A DNA stretch of 60,193 nt, counting the filler, from Sphacelaria rigidula (lineage: Eukaryota), in the NCBI GenBank assembly GCA_964200075.2. It is 3 parts of 3 records of this genome, joined end to end, with 100 filler letters (N's around TTAATTAATTAA, not from the genome) between each part and the next. Parts side by side here need not be neighbours in the genome. Positions count along the whole stretch, not along the records: positions 1 to 20,011 come from CAXNAA020000580.1; positions 20,112 to 40,116 come from CAXNAA020000581.1; 1 more part is not named here. One strand, given 5' to 3'. Below, piece after piece: positions 12,001 to 24,379 of the stretch (within the stretch, counting starts at the first letter, position 1; every line of letters begins with the position of its first letter). Made by a program: the position numbers and the translations under genes. The notes below the pieces were generated by a model. It was given only the letters and a program-made list of their open reading frames with translations, was not told the DNA's origin and searched no databases.

Positions 12001-14692
12001 TGCGAAGATACCTTGAACCCGCCGCCGCATCGCCCTTTTCGTGTGAAGGCCGCGTCCGTCAACTCTAAGTGACACAGGAGTCACGGGTACGAATCCCGAC
12101 CATTTCTCCTTTTTTTCGTTTTGAAGTTGACCTTATTATTCTTTCATTCGGCGGTGCCGTGTTTCACCAGGTCGACTGCAGTTCACAGCGATATGGTCAA
12201 GTTGCGCTAATTTGGAAAGTCGTGAAGTTGTGGTGTGGAAAGCAAATGCGGGATTTACTGCTGGCCCAGCTCGTAGACGAGTCAACCCTTCGACTAGGGC
12301 TACTGCTTGTAACAGACAAATATGAAAATATGGAAAAGTGCCTTTTTGGAGCTTTCACTTGGTGTTACCCCCACGAAGAGAGCTAGGCGTGACGCTTTTG
12401 AATGACTTGCTCTACTAGTCGAGGCGGTTCCAGAACATCTTCCCTTTTTCCGGTGGCCACAGTCTTCATTTTGGCTGAACAAGAATTACTGTCCAAGAAT
12501 GATGGAAAAACAGTCGAAGCTAGGAAAACCGCCACTTTTCGCGGGACTACACGGTTTTTTATTGTTTTGGACAAAAAAGCTTGTATGGCCAAAATGAAAA
12601 CTTCGGCCACCGGGAAACAAGATGTCATGGAATCGCCTCAACTTATATAGCAAGTCATCCCAAAATGTCAAACTCCGCCTAGCTCTCTCTTGGAGCGTGA
12701 AACGACGTGGAAGCTGCGAAAATGCAAGGATGCACTTTTCCAGATTTTCATATTTGTCTGTTCCAAGAAGCGGCCTAAGCGGTAATTCATTCGTGATTCA
12801 GCATATTTTCTCTCATTTCCAAGTGAGAATGGTGTCGATCATGACCCACCGGTCGCAGTCGAAACGGTCAACTGCGCTGTGTACTGCTGCCGAATGTTGA
12901 GCATGTAGCTGATCCCAGGCGCAATGTGTGCATCATGTCACTACGTGGATGCAGTGCTGCTGCGTCGGAATCCGCACAGCCATGATGTACGCACACTTGG
13001 TTGACCAGCGCTCGCACCGTGAAAATTTCTTGCAGATATTTTTCGGCCCATGCGTCCCCCGTACTCGGGATTATCCCGTCTTTCCTGTCGCCATTACTTG
13101 AGCCTGTTCGTACCTTGTCGAACCGTGTTCGACTGTACCCCACCCAATGAATCCCTACATAACAGGTATCTCCACGAGATATGTGCACCGTGGCCGGTGA
13201 GCGTGTGGTAACCCTGCAAGGTCCGATGTCGGCGGTAATATATGGTCTCTCCCTCATCGTCAATCGTATGATGGAGGACACGACAGCATCCCGCTACCAA
13301 AACATGAGCACCATTTACCGCGCAGTTCACCTTCACCTTCCCCCTTACGCCGTTCCTGGTGGTGGGAGCCCCGGCAACATGCACGACCAACATCAGCAGC
13401 ACCAGCACGGCCCCGCCGGTGGTTCCCCCGGCCGCCACCCCCACGGTCGCTCCTCCCCCGCCTACGGCGGCCCTCACCCGCACTCGCAAGACTTTCACAG
13501 CCCAGGCACGGTCGCTGGACCTAGAGGTCCGGCCCCTCGAGAGTACAACAACGGCCACAGTGCTTGCTCCAGCTGGGAATACGGGTTCGGTGCCCCATCC
13601 AGGGATTTTAACGGCCCCGCTGAGTACATGCATCATCAGCACAGAGCCTCTGGCGGTGTTGCTCCCACCAACGGTGGTGCTCACGACGTGAGCGGCTCCA
13701 TGCTTCCTTCGCATTTGAGCGGCGGCAGGCACTTGCGTCAAGCGCCCTCGCCCAATGACTTCGTTGACGGACCTGAGGGGAAGTACGTCGGTAATGGCGG
13801 AAGCACCGACTTCTCCGGCGTGGTGGATAACTGCGGACGCAGCATGATCCGGCCTCGGGAATACGATTCTCCCCCGCACTGCCGGGGCGATTTCTCGCCG
13901 ACGGAAAACAGCTACGAGCAGGTGCGGCAAAACAACCCTGCCGCTCATGGCCGTGGTGGCGGTGGCGGTGGGGCCTTCGATCGTGGCGCGTACCCCGGTG
14001 ACGCCCAAGTGGACACCAGTGGCAACGCTTTCCACCCCCTGCAGCAACAGCAGCGGAGATTACGCCAGCAGCAGGCCCAGCAGCAACACTTGAGTCGTTC
14101 TGCGTCCGAGTATGCAGTGGACAGCAACTCGAGGTTGGGAGGGATGTTACCGCTCGAGGTGCGCGCGTCGAACGCAACGGCAACTCCCAGCCACCGCATC
14201 ATACATGACGCTAGCCAAGGTCAAGATAGGATGGGCAGCTCTGCCGTTGGTGGCGAGCTCCGCAGGGTTCCATCGGCGGGTAACAGTGGGCATGTCCACG
14301 GCGGGGACGCCAGCCTGTCAGCTATGTTCGATGGGATGAACATCAGCACGCCTCCCGGCATGCCCGTCCCGTCGGTTGGGTCTCAGCAGCTTCAGCAGCA
14401 GGGACAGGGCAATGGTGGTGGTGGCGGAGGCGCTGCCAGTGGGGCCGGGGTGATCATGCATGGTGAGCTGCCCGTACCCGATGCCGACGTCGGCATCATT
14501 CTTGGCAAAGGTGGTGCCACGGTGCGCGAGCTACAGCAGTTGAGCGGGGCGAAAATTATGATTGCGCGTCGTAATGAGTTCATGCCGGGAACAAAGCACA
14601 GGTTGGTGACATTGGCTGGCCCACCCATGTCGGTGAATATGGCACGTTTCCTGATCATGCGCAAGATCCAGACAGAGAAAGAGAAGCTGTGA
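8143..14692 (+). CDS. Nova/BTR1-like RNA-binding protein with three KH domains; join(8143..9003,9879..10139,13166..14692), 882 aa
   Basis: Three in-frame exons are separated by phase-0 GT-AG introns. KH1: LKLLVSNSMAGTLIGKGGTRI..FYPGTHERVVLV. KH2: RVLIPDAASGLIIGHDGG..ERVVTLQG. KH3: VPDADVGIILGKGGATVRELQQLSGAKIMI..EFMPGTKHRLVTLAG. The FYPGT.ERV and EF.PGT..R.VT motifs are typical of Nova/BTR1. Confidence 0.85.
8527..8553 (+). repeat. (CAG)n coding microsatellite (polyQ)
   Basis: Run of CAG codons inside exon 1 of the KH gene. Confidence 0.85.
9879..10139 (+). CDS. Nova-like KH gene exon 2 (end of KH1, most of KH2)
   Basis: Acceptor CCACAG, then CLADIKVTPNGRFYPGTHERVVLV...GVASIQ, then donor CAG|GTACGA; 261 nt. 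Confidence 0.85.
12297..12775. mobile_element. ~480-bp imperfect palindrome (foldback element/MITE) in intron 2 of the KH gene
   Basis: AACAGACAAATATGAAAATATGGAAAAGTGC (12311-12341) is the near-perfect reverse complement of 12732-12762. Inner arms also pair: ATGACTTGCT/AGCAAGTCAT, CCGGTGGCC/GGCCACCGG and TTCATTTTGGC/GCCAAAATGAA. Confidence 0.75.
13166..14692 (+). CDS. Nova-like KH gene exon 3 (end of KH2, long G/H/Q/P-rich linker, KH3, stop)
   Basis: Acceptor TAACAG, then VSPRDMCTVAGERVVTLQG ... MRKIQTEKEKL* (TGA at 14690-14692). Confidence 0.85.
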   Translation, partial: VSPRDMCTVAGERVVTLQGPMSAVIYGLSLIVNRMMEDTTASRYQNMSTIYRAVHLHLPPYAVPGGGSPGNMHDQHQQHQHGPAGGSPGRHPHGRSSPAYGGPHPHSQDFHSPGTVAGPRGPAPREYNNGHSACSSWEYGFGAPSRDFNGPAEYMHHQHRASGGVAPTNGGAHDVSGSMLPSHLSGGRHLRQAPSPNDFVDGPEGKYVGNGGSTDFSGVVDNCGRSMIRPREYDSPPHCRGDFSPTENSYEQVRQNNPAAHGRGGGGGGAFDRGAYPGDAQVDTSGNAFHPLQQQQRRLRQQQAQQQHLSRSASEYAVDSNSRLGGMLPLEVRASNATATPSHRIIHDASQGQDRMGSSAVGGELRRVPSAGNSGHVHGGDASLSAMFDGMNISTPPGMPVPSVGSQQLQQQGQGNGGGGGGAASGAGVIMHGELPVPDADVGIILGKGGATVRELQQLSGAKIMIARRNEFMPGTKHRLVTLAGPPMSVNMARFLIMRKIQTEKEKL

Positions 14693-17600
14693 GATGAAAG
14701 CCGAAAATAAGTATTTCAGAGAGAAGCAAGACACTACGTTCTCGTTGAGTTTTACCTCGTGTACTGAAGCCAAGAACGGAAGTTATTTCTCTGCCTATTT
14801 TGTCTGCATCCGTGTCGCCCATCGTGCGCGCCACACGCTCATGGATCTTCTGCCATGTTGCATGCTTTCATGTATGGAATTTTTCCCCACCGTAGATACT
14901 GTCTCCAGTGATGTTTTCCCGCCTGCCTAATGGAAAATCTTCCGTCAGGACGGTTAGCCTCGAAAGGCATTTTGGTTTTGTTCTATATAGCATGTTCCTC
15001 GTCCCGCGAAAGGGGCCTTTGTACGAAAAGAACCAATTGTGACAACTGTCTACTATCGAATGAATGTGTCCGGTATGTTCTCACGAACTGATGTATGGCC
15101 ATGGTGCAGAGAACTGCGGACCAATGAGTGAGGGAGGGGGGGGACAAGTGTGACCAGATGTGTGAATCATAATACAGGACGAGACCCTTGCCGGTCATCG
15201 CCCGTTGAAACCGTCGGGCTGTCAACAGAAGAGTTGAGGCCATCATCCATGTTCAGAGGTTTTGACGTTCACTAGTTTTGGGAAGGGTCGTGAGCTAGAG
15301 TATAGTGTAAGCCGGGTGTGCCGAATATCGGCGGAACGGCAATATTAAATTGAAATATTTTCTCGAAACGTTTACGTGTTTGTTGCACCCCCGCTAAAGG
15401 AGGATTCAAGATAGTCGTTTGCAGTTCAGTTCTCTTACGTTGGTTCATTTTTTTTCCCTTGGTTTATTTGTCTACTATATACATACTTTTTTACATGTAG
15501 ATACACGGGTTCGCTCCGCGGATCGTTTCAAGAAAGCGGTGTGTAGGGTTTGATGGTGACGTTCGTTCGGTCACCTTTGCAGAATGCTGCCTCATCTGGG
15601 GAAAAGTAGCTTGTGTATCTGTGGGGGCATGTAGGAGGAGGCGGGAAGCAGCGCAGTGGCAAATGCTGAAAAAGCGAAATCTTATGCTGTACGGAATAAC
15701 ATGATTTTTGTTGCACCCTGTGGGGGAACATGGATCGAAGGGTCTCGATTTCCCTCTTGCGTCGCCGCACAGGCATACTGCGGGCATATGAAAAAGCTGT
15801 TATGTTTTTAGTTTGAAAGAGACCACGACTCGACGTGTGGGCAGTTTCGACTGTCTTCGATTCGTGTTTTTTTGTCGTTTTGCTGCATCTTTCGTAGATT
15901 CCCTCGATACCTCAATTGTGACGTGTCTCCTCTCCCTCCCTATATTTTGTATACGCGGTGTTGTGACTTTTTTGTGGTTTATGGAGACACAAAGTGTCCT
16001 GGTTAGTTTGTAGATCAGCCAGGTTAGTTAGGCCCACAGAGCGAGCGACGCCGCACACACAAGTATTTGCGTTTCGATCGTTCCCAAAACAATTAGCTGC
16101 GTGGGAGGGCGGTTTAAAAGGAAAAGAGCGGAGACGCGCGGGAATACCACGCTACAGTACAGTAGGTTTGTTTATCGATATGCCCTCCCCTTGTCCGCTT
16201 CCTTCGTGATTTTTATATCTGCCGCGCGTGTGGTGTGTCGAGTGTGGTGGATTTCATCGGGTTAATGTATATTTTTTTCGTTTGCGCCTGTGAGCCACCG
16301 AGAGAAGTCACAAGTAAGGGCGTTTTGGGACAGTCAATTTGACATTTTGACTGCCGGGGCTGTGTAGCCTTGTGTGATGATGGTCTTGTTTGCGATATCG
16401 TGGTTTGATATGCGCGTCATTGTAACTAATGACTTTTTTTTGTTTCTCTGTCGGTATGTTAGGTTGTTCCACGCGTGAGATTGAATTTCTCGATGCTGTT
16501 CTCCCTACCCTCGTATGCCAGCTTGAGCGCACATGTGGCCCAGCGGAAACAAGGAAGTGTCGTAAAAAAAAGTAGGTGTCTTCATTTTTAAGCATTTCGC
16601 GGAAACCGGGCTTCCACAAATATACTGGTGAACTTGGGGTAGGTAACAGACGAGACGCGAGTTGGGCCACCCGGGAAAAATTCGGTTTTTCTTTGTATGA
16701 TTCGTCACGATTTTATCATCTTGTAGGATAGTCTCGCGTATATCTTGTTAGGTCATTGGTGGTTGAGTTCGGCAGTCACCGTCATTAGCACTTAGGACAA
16801 AAAAAAGAAGAGGTGAAAAATGCATGGTTGTTGAGTGTGTACTTCTGTGGGGTGGCACTTGTAAAACGTTCTTTGTTCGGCTGCTGTTAAGTGAGTTTGA
16901 TTCGACTGCCCATACTGAATTCTGTGTGACGACGGGACATGGGAAAAACCAGGACTTTCATCCCATGTTTCCCGTTGGCAGAAGAGGTGGGGAAAAATGG
17001 ACTTCGTGGCTCATTTCAGGAACTTGTGTGTTTCTATGTCGACGATGTCGGTGTAGCGCTGCTTATGTGTCTTCGGTACGAATAGCACCGCGTAAATGAT
17101 GTTAACTACAAAAAAAATTATCGGGTGGTCTGTAGTCGAGTAAGATGTATGTGTGCCCGCTCCGCTATTGGTTCACGTTTTTTTCTCCCGCCCATTTTGT
17201 TCCTCAAAAAGAAGGGGCGATTTAGGAATTACGTCACAGTCGCCGGCGACCCATGATTTTTTTCACGAGACGGACGTTTTTTTTTCGCTTTTTGCCAACT
17301 TGACACTTTGGTTCCTCGACCGAAGAAAATCGGGGCACTAATTATACGTCACCTACACAATTACAAGTACTAGGGCTAGGTTGAGATTATACTCACGTCT
17401 GTGTGTTTCATATTACATATGAGTACACGCTTGCGGGTTCTCCGCGATACTTCTGCTGGCTTTGAATGGCCGCCCAATGGTACGGATGATTCGTAGTGTC
17501 GGCCAGTTTGTAGGCACGGGCGCTGGCTTCGTTGGGAATCACTCCCCTAAAAGTTCCATGTAAAACTTTCGTCATTATTGGTCATTGCTGGAGTTCGAGA

Positions 17601-20011
17601 CGTTGATGGGAGGTGAACGTTGGACGCGAGGCACGCCGGGATAGTATTGAGGGTTGGTGGGGAGATGTGTCGGGGAGAGGAGGAATTTAGTTTTGAGGGG
17701 ATTCCGATGTGTATGATGTGCGTTCCTCCCACTTTCTGCCCTCGTCGTGCACACGTCATGACGAGACGCTAGTCCCTCGTCCGTGGCATCTATTTATTTT
17801 TGCTTCTTTTATCCCTCCTAAGTTGTTCCTGCTTTGAATAAAAAATACAATTATGTGTATTTGTACTTCTCGTGCATGTTGAGCTGGTAGTCTTGCTGTT
17901 GTGTCTGCGATAGTGGTGTGTGCTGGATTCAGGAGGGGCTGGTTTGTCACTTGATATATCTTTTTTTCTCTTGGTTGTGAGGTAAATGGATTGTGTTATT
18001 TTGTCGGAGAAAATTCGTGTTGGTCTTCTTCACTTCGTTTTTCTGTCGATTTCTCCCCTTTCCCCACCTGTCCCCTTACTGCTTCACTTTGTTGATTGTT
18101 GGTTGTAGTGACGTCAGTATGTGGCAGCAAATGAATTACCTCAGATGTTTTTTTCCGTAGTATTTTCTCAACTATCATCTCCCCATCTTCACATTTCGGC
18201 TTTTCAGCGCGAGATTTGTCATTTTGGGAGTGTGTGTTTTTTTGGTTTTTTCCCAGGTGCTGTTGTTAGATCGTCGTTCGTTGGATGCTGTACTTCTTTC
18301 GTGTGCCCCTGCGGGCAAGATCTGTGTGTAGAGTAAATTCAAAACCCTGTTTGTCCGGCTGTATGGAGATATAATTTGGGGTTTGACACCTGCCCTTCTT
18401 CTTGGAACAGTTTTTGTTTTCCTCTGTTTTTTTATTGCATCGTGCGCTTTTGTATACTGCAGAAGAGTCACGACCCACTTAATTATCTTATCATACGTGT
18501 TATCTTCTTTTATACGAAAATAGAATTAGCACCTTTTCCGCTGTGTCGATTGACGGTTGAGAATTCGCGCGCAGGACAGGCCCTCGATGGCGAAGAGTTT
18601 GGCTATAAGCGTTTTTTTCAAATCTTGTGGCATCGCTAGTGGTATGTTGATTGCATCTAGGAGGTATATATGGAGGTGTTGCAATACCCTTTTCACGCTG
18701 TAGATGAGACATTCATGTATCCTAACGCGTCGTCGCTGTTCGGGCACCATCTGTAACCGGCTAAGGTGGACGAAGAAATATCACTTCGCTCACGTTCACG
18801 TCCCGCCCGCCCCCCGCCCTCCTTTCCATCCCTTGCCTTATCATTGGGTAAGGTGAAGTTTTATGCAATACTGATCGCCCACCATGTAGGGCGAGTCCAT
18901 GTACTGGCAGACTTGCGATTGATTTTGCATGTACTGTGAATTTTCCGCTCTTCTTGGGGAGGAGAGCGCTGAAAATGTAGCAACGTTTTGATATTGCGAT
19001 ATGAAGGAGAAAATTGAAGCAGTCAACGCATCGGGTCGATAGCTATGCTTGGTTGTTCATCTTGCTTGGGTACATTTTTGAGTGATTAATGGAGTGCTTG
19101 ATTGAATAAGGTAGCGCGGGAGTCAATCGAGACTGCATGATTTCGGCACGTCGTCTTCCTCGTATCAGCTATATGATGATGTACGCGGGAACGAAGTTAC
19201 CCGTGACTTTCGGTGATTTCACTTTCTAGCTCTTGGAAGGACAAGGAGGATGGGAGAAGCGAACATCCCCTGAGAGCACTTGCCCAGATGAGGCAATTAG
19301 TTGGGGGTCACAGGCGTCTTAATCGTTGTTGAGTCTCCGGTGATGGAGACTATCATCCATTTCTTTTGCTGGTGTCATCGTGTGTACGTCGATTGCACTG
19401 TCAAATGAAGTGTACATGTGGATGTAATCACGGCACACCGCATCAAGGCTGGTCTCATCAATTGTGATGGAAACGAGGGCGGTGTTCCGCCGAGAAATGA
19501 AGCAATAGCCCATTTCTTGGTTTATACGTGGTCGGTATCAGCACGCCCTAACGGATGAAATGTGTTGACCTTGGAGAAAAGATCGTAGGTCTGTCCCTTC
19601 ACGTCAATGGATCCAGTGGAACGGAGTGACGGATAGAGGTTTTCCACTACATTGTGACATACTTGAGTTTGTTCGTTGGCGTTCATGTATGTATGAGTGT
19701 TACGTAATGCAGTATATCTACACATCGTTGTTGCATCGATGGGTTCTGTTTTTGACCTGTGCTGTCGCTTCCTTTTTGCCAAAGTTGATCCTCTGGTGGT
19801 AGGCGTCGTCGAAATTAATATATATATATACATGTATGTGTTATCATGAACATGGATGAGCTGTTGGTTGATCGTGGCTCGTTTTTTCGGCCCGAGTATG
19901 GTGACGGGCCCAAAACATGAAACGGTGTTTTCGTGAGATTGAGAGTAGATGATACGAGTGAGAGTGGCTTTGAACATTCGCTTTAAGTGATTCATTTTTT
20001 TATTCCACGTG

Positions 20012-20111
20012 NNNNNNNNNNNNNNNNNNNNNNNNNNNNNNNNNNNNNNNNNNNNTTAATTAATTAANNNNNNNNNNNNNNNNNNNNNNNNNNNNNNNNN
20101 NNNNNNNNNNN
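20012..20111. other. Artificial contig linker N44-TTAATTAATTAA-N44
   Basis: Exactly 100 nt, with a six-frame stop spacer between N runs. Confidence 0.97.
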
Positions 20112-21097
20112 GAATCGTTAGGAGCCCCTGAACCAGACAATATTTCGCGAAAAGGTGCACCCCTATCGTAGCATTGCTCACCATGCGTAGTGAGGTGGTT
20201 GGCAACAGCGAGCCGGGATGTTTTGATGTTGATGATGGCGTTGTTGCAGGACGTATTTTCAGGGACGTGAGTGTGGATGAGAACAATCCTCCTCCACATG
20301 TTCACCCTAACCCTGTTGGTGCCCACTCCTCTGTACACCAACCAGCCACTCAAAGCGCTGACAGTGTTTCCACTCTCCTTTCTCAGATGGCATCTCTCCA
20401 CGTGAGCCCTACTGCTACGAAAACCTTTCCTGACGATGACCTCCGAAGCCAAACCGGTGCTGAACCCCGTAATCACCCCACTCTGGCTTTTGATACGCCA
20501 CCCAAGTCGGAACAATTCCGGTCCACGCGTGACGAAACACACGACCGGCTTCGGCAAACCCGCCCAGCCTTTATTCCCCTGCGCCATTGGTACAACTTTT
20601 CGGTGACAGAACAAACTGAGTGCTGGAACACATTCGAAACAACAGTCTCGAACAGATTAATCGTGCGTTGACAGACTTGGAATTTGCACGCCTCGAGGCG
20701 GGTCAACGTGAAGGTTCTCGAGGGGTCCAGGAGGCCGCGCAGCCCCCCGTAATGTTGATGTCCACCCCGAGAAAAAGCCAACAGAACAGAGCGAACTAGA
20801 ACGCGCGATACGCGAATCCACGAAGGCCCTGGAAATCGCGGAGCAAGAATACAACAAGCTGATAACAAAAATACACCACGGAGCTTCGCGCCATTTTTCA
20901 AAATGTTGGCAAGTCTGGCAAATACAACTGCGTTCGTGCAGTCGCCTGCTCCGCCCCGAAAGAGACAACTAATTTGACGATACTGATACTCGCTAATGTT
21001 GTCCACCGCCTGAACCACCTGATCTGGCACACTTTCAACCACATGCACCGGCCCACTCACAAAACGGTAGACGTTTACTCATGAGATAACTAGTGCT

Positions 21098-21345
21098 GAT
21101 ACTTTCTACGATAGCCCCCCTCCAAAACCAGCCAAAAGTGTCACGAAAAAAATGAGCATACAGCGCCTGATGCTTGGGTTCAGGCTGCATGAAGCGCCTC
21201 ATATTGGCAATACTGGCTAGAACGAACCCAGTCGTGAGAATTCCAGCTGCTCGTTGTGCTCGGCTTTTCCCATTTCGATTTACGTGAAAAGTTTGCCTCC
21301 CAAAACCATGCACTTTTTGGGGGGGGGGCTATCGTAGAAAGTGTC
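21098..21345. mobile_element. MITE family A, copy 1 (248 bp), inserted in the Gypsy gag region
   Basis: TIR GA(T)ACTTTCTACGATAGCCCCCC ... GGGGGGCTATCGTAGAAAGTGTC; 4-bp TSD TGCT on both sides. Confidence 0.9.
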
Positions 21346-24300
21346 TGCTGCGGCTGAACCCCGCCAGGACGGTACCCACACAACACTAATAATGCTCACC
21401 TCACAACTTGTTAACTTTTTTGGGAACGCTCTAAAAGTTACGGAGATTCCAAATTGCATACAGTGGGGTAACCCAGGACGCGTTGCTTAGCCCAAAACCT
21501 AAGCGCCGCCATCTGCCTGTTTTTTTTCTACTTCTGTAATTCATTTCTCATTAGTTGGTACAATCCCACAATCAGAAATTAACCGATGACCAGTTATTCA
21601 CCGCGGAACTATCCAACAGTTTTATGTCAACAATGTTTTTTCGCTCGGCCAGGTCACAAACATCACACACGTGAAGCAACGGCGGCCACCGCGGGTTCAA
21701 CCATGTGGTGTGGGTTCCCTGGATATGCTAACACTACCTTGAAGGGTTCCAAGACTGTCGAAGCCCGTGCACCGTTGCATGGCTATCAATTGAGCAGTGA
21801 CCGAACGCAACGTGTTAATCCTGGATTTGATCACCCAGTTTTACATACACAAGGTACTAACCATACTCAATCGGACCCCTTCCCTTCGGAGGAGAGGAAG
21901 TCATGTAGTGCAGTTTCTAACGCATCCGGAGCCGAATTATCTTCGGGTACGGTAGACACTGCCTCTTCGACCGTTCATCGGAGAACACCAATTCAAAGCC
22001 ACACACTCAAGCACCCTTCAACTGCTAAAGTGCCCGGCTAACCACCTTACTGAGTGCCGCAAAAACTACGGTACCCGGTTCCGTTTTATTTGATGAGCGT
22101 AATTATTCCTTGAAGGGTCGCACCCGCAAGGAACCCATGCTTTCCGTCGCTCAGCGGGTTGGAATGGAACCCCAAGTGACAGCGACTCAGGTGGTGGGCC
22201 AAGAGCATGACCTAGGTTCGACTGTCCGAGAACCCATTTCAATAGTTCCTGGAGCCGCCGACCCTTTCGTGCGCTATAAGCGTCACTCTAGACGGGCTCC
22301 TCCAGATGATCATGTAGATAACCCTGATGTAGCAAGCGCACGTGAACTCCAAGGAAGAGATTACGTGTGGGCTCAGACAGATGAAAATCTTGGAGTGGAA
22401 CAGGCCGGTACTCCCCAGATTTCGTTCAGATCCTTACTGCTCCCTGACCACCTCTCGTGCACTGCGTTAGAGCCCATTTCCGATGAAGCGTTGCCGTCTG
22501 TAGGGACAGAGACTTCGCCGACTCATGTACGTTCGCATCCTAGTAATGAAGACACCTCAACCGTGTGTTCGTCACCAGGCAGACAAAGTGTTACGCAAGA
22601 CGACTCGTTTCCTAACTCGCCCACGTTGGCCCCTTTAATAGACGCCGGGCTGAACAGCACAGCTTTTCCAACCCCGCGTCCTGACGAATCGTCTCCAAAA
22701 CTTCCCATGTTGGCCCTAATTAGTGATGATATTGAGTTGATTGGCGTATCAAACTCAACACCGTGCGCCGATGAATCGTCCCCTGTTCCGACCAAGCTGG
22801 ATGATGTAATTGATCCTACTTTGCACAATGACGTTTTGCCTCCTCTGTTGACCAATAAGGGCGAAACACCACGCACAGATCATCAGTTGTCGGGTCCAAC
22901 CACGACAACTGCCCTCCCCCGGCATCACCCCTCCGTTGCAGTATATGAGATTCAACCCTCGACTGATGAGACACATATTCCAGGCACAAACACTGACACT
23001 CCATTCGCGCACCATTCTTCCGACCAAAAGCTTGTCCCACAGGATCATCAGCGGGAGTATTTTAGCACCTTCGTTCGAAACGCAAAGCAGGATGTGTCAG
23101 ATGTCTTACCCGAATTCGGGCCCGATCTCGTCAGTGGTACTGTAACTGTGGGCGATGCTTCTCTTACGACCAAGATAGGTTTACATTGTGGAGCGTGTGC
23201 AAGCTGTCATTTGATAGCTCTTGCACTACCAGACTCTGGTTCGCCTTAAACGTTCATTACAGTCAGCTGCTGGCAACAGATGATCAACGCGGGCGCGGCG
23301 GACGAGCATTGCCTGTTCACCGTGCACCCTCGTGTTTTTGGTGGGTTTGGTTCCTCCACATCTCTTACGGTCGATCAATCGGTGAGACTAAGTGTACAAT
23401 TCTAGCAGGATACGACTCCCACTGCTCGGTTGTCCGTATGGGCACTAATTGTGCCCGACGGTTCCATGTCTTTTGATGTTTTGTTGGGTCGAGATAGTTG
23501 GCTTCGTTTTTCCACACACACGTACACGACGGACACATCTGTCCCGAACCGTCCAGTCACAGGCAAACTGTCGCTGGGTCACTTCGACACTGATTCGGGA
23601 GCTCACACTTATGAGGATGATCCCACGCAAACAGGTAATGCCTTCCGTCTGTACTATGTTGGTGAACCGGTAGTCTCCCTCTTTCGTGAACCGCAACTTA
23701 TCCAAGTAAACCTCGTGAGACTCTATGGATCGCCCGCCCTCGCAGGACAGTATTTGGTTGAATTGCTTAAACCTGACCAAGCACAGGTTGGTCCGTTTGA
23801 ACAGACCGAAGTCTTTATCCACGAAGGTAGGCAGGCCATTTACCTCACGTCCCCTGCATGTTTCGGTATACTCAACGGTCAGTTGTTGGGTTATGCTCGA
23901 GCGCCTCTCACATGAACAGCCCTGTCAGATGTGTGCCCCCCTGCGGACAACAAGTCGTTAACCGACCCCCCGAAATCCACGGTTCCCCCTCCGCTACACA
24001 TGCCTGACCCCATGGTGGTGACACATCCAGTAGATGCGCCTGAACCTCAACCCCCAACTGCATGACTGGATTGATTTTGCCCGGAACAACGCGCCAGTTT
24101 TCAAAAGTTGTGGGATGACATCCCCCCTCACTTATGGCATGTTGTTTTTTATCTATCTGGCGATGGTTGGGCACCCACTGTAATCGATAGATCGAGATCC
24201 ATCTTGATGAGATATTCTGAACGGTTTTCTGCTGCACCCCTGGATTTAGGTCGATGTACCACGACACCGTTTAAGATAAAGATTCTTGATGGCACTCCGC

Positions 24301-24379
24301 CTATCGCTATGCGTCGTACCGTACGAACCCCCTCTTAGCGGATAAGATCCAGGAAATTCTCGATGGTTACTTCTCCGCC

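Noticed and set aside
12040..12110. tRNA-like B-box (GGTACGAATCCC) followed by a T-run
   Set aside because: No recognisable A-box or cloverleaf; at most a degenerate SINE head.
13094..14047. 317-aa antisense ORF (and other overlapping ORFs) opposite KH exon 3
   Set aside because: Shadow of GC-rich low-complexity coding sequence; no independent motifs.
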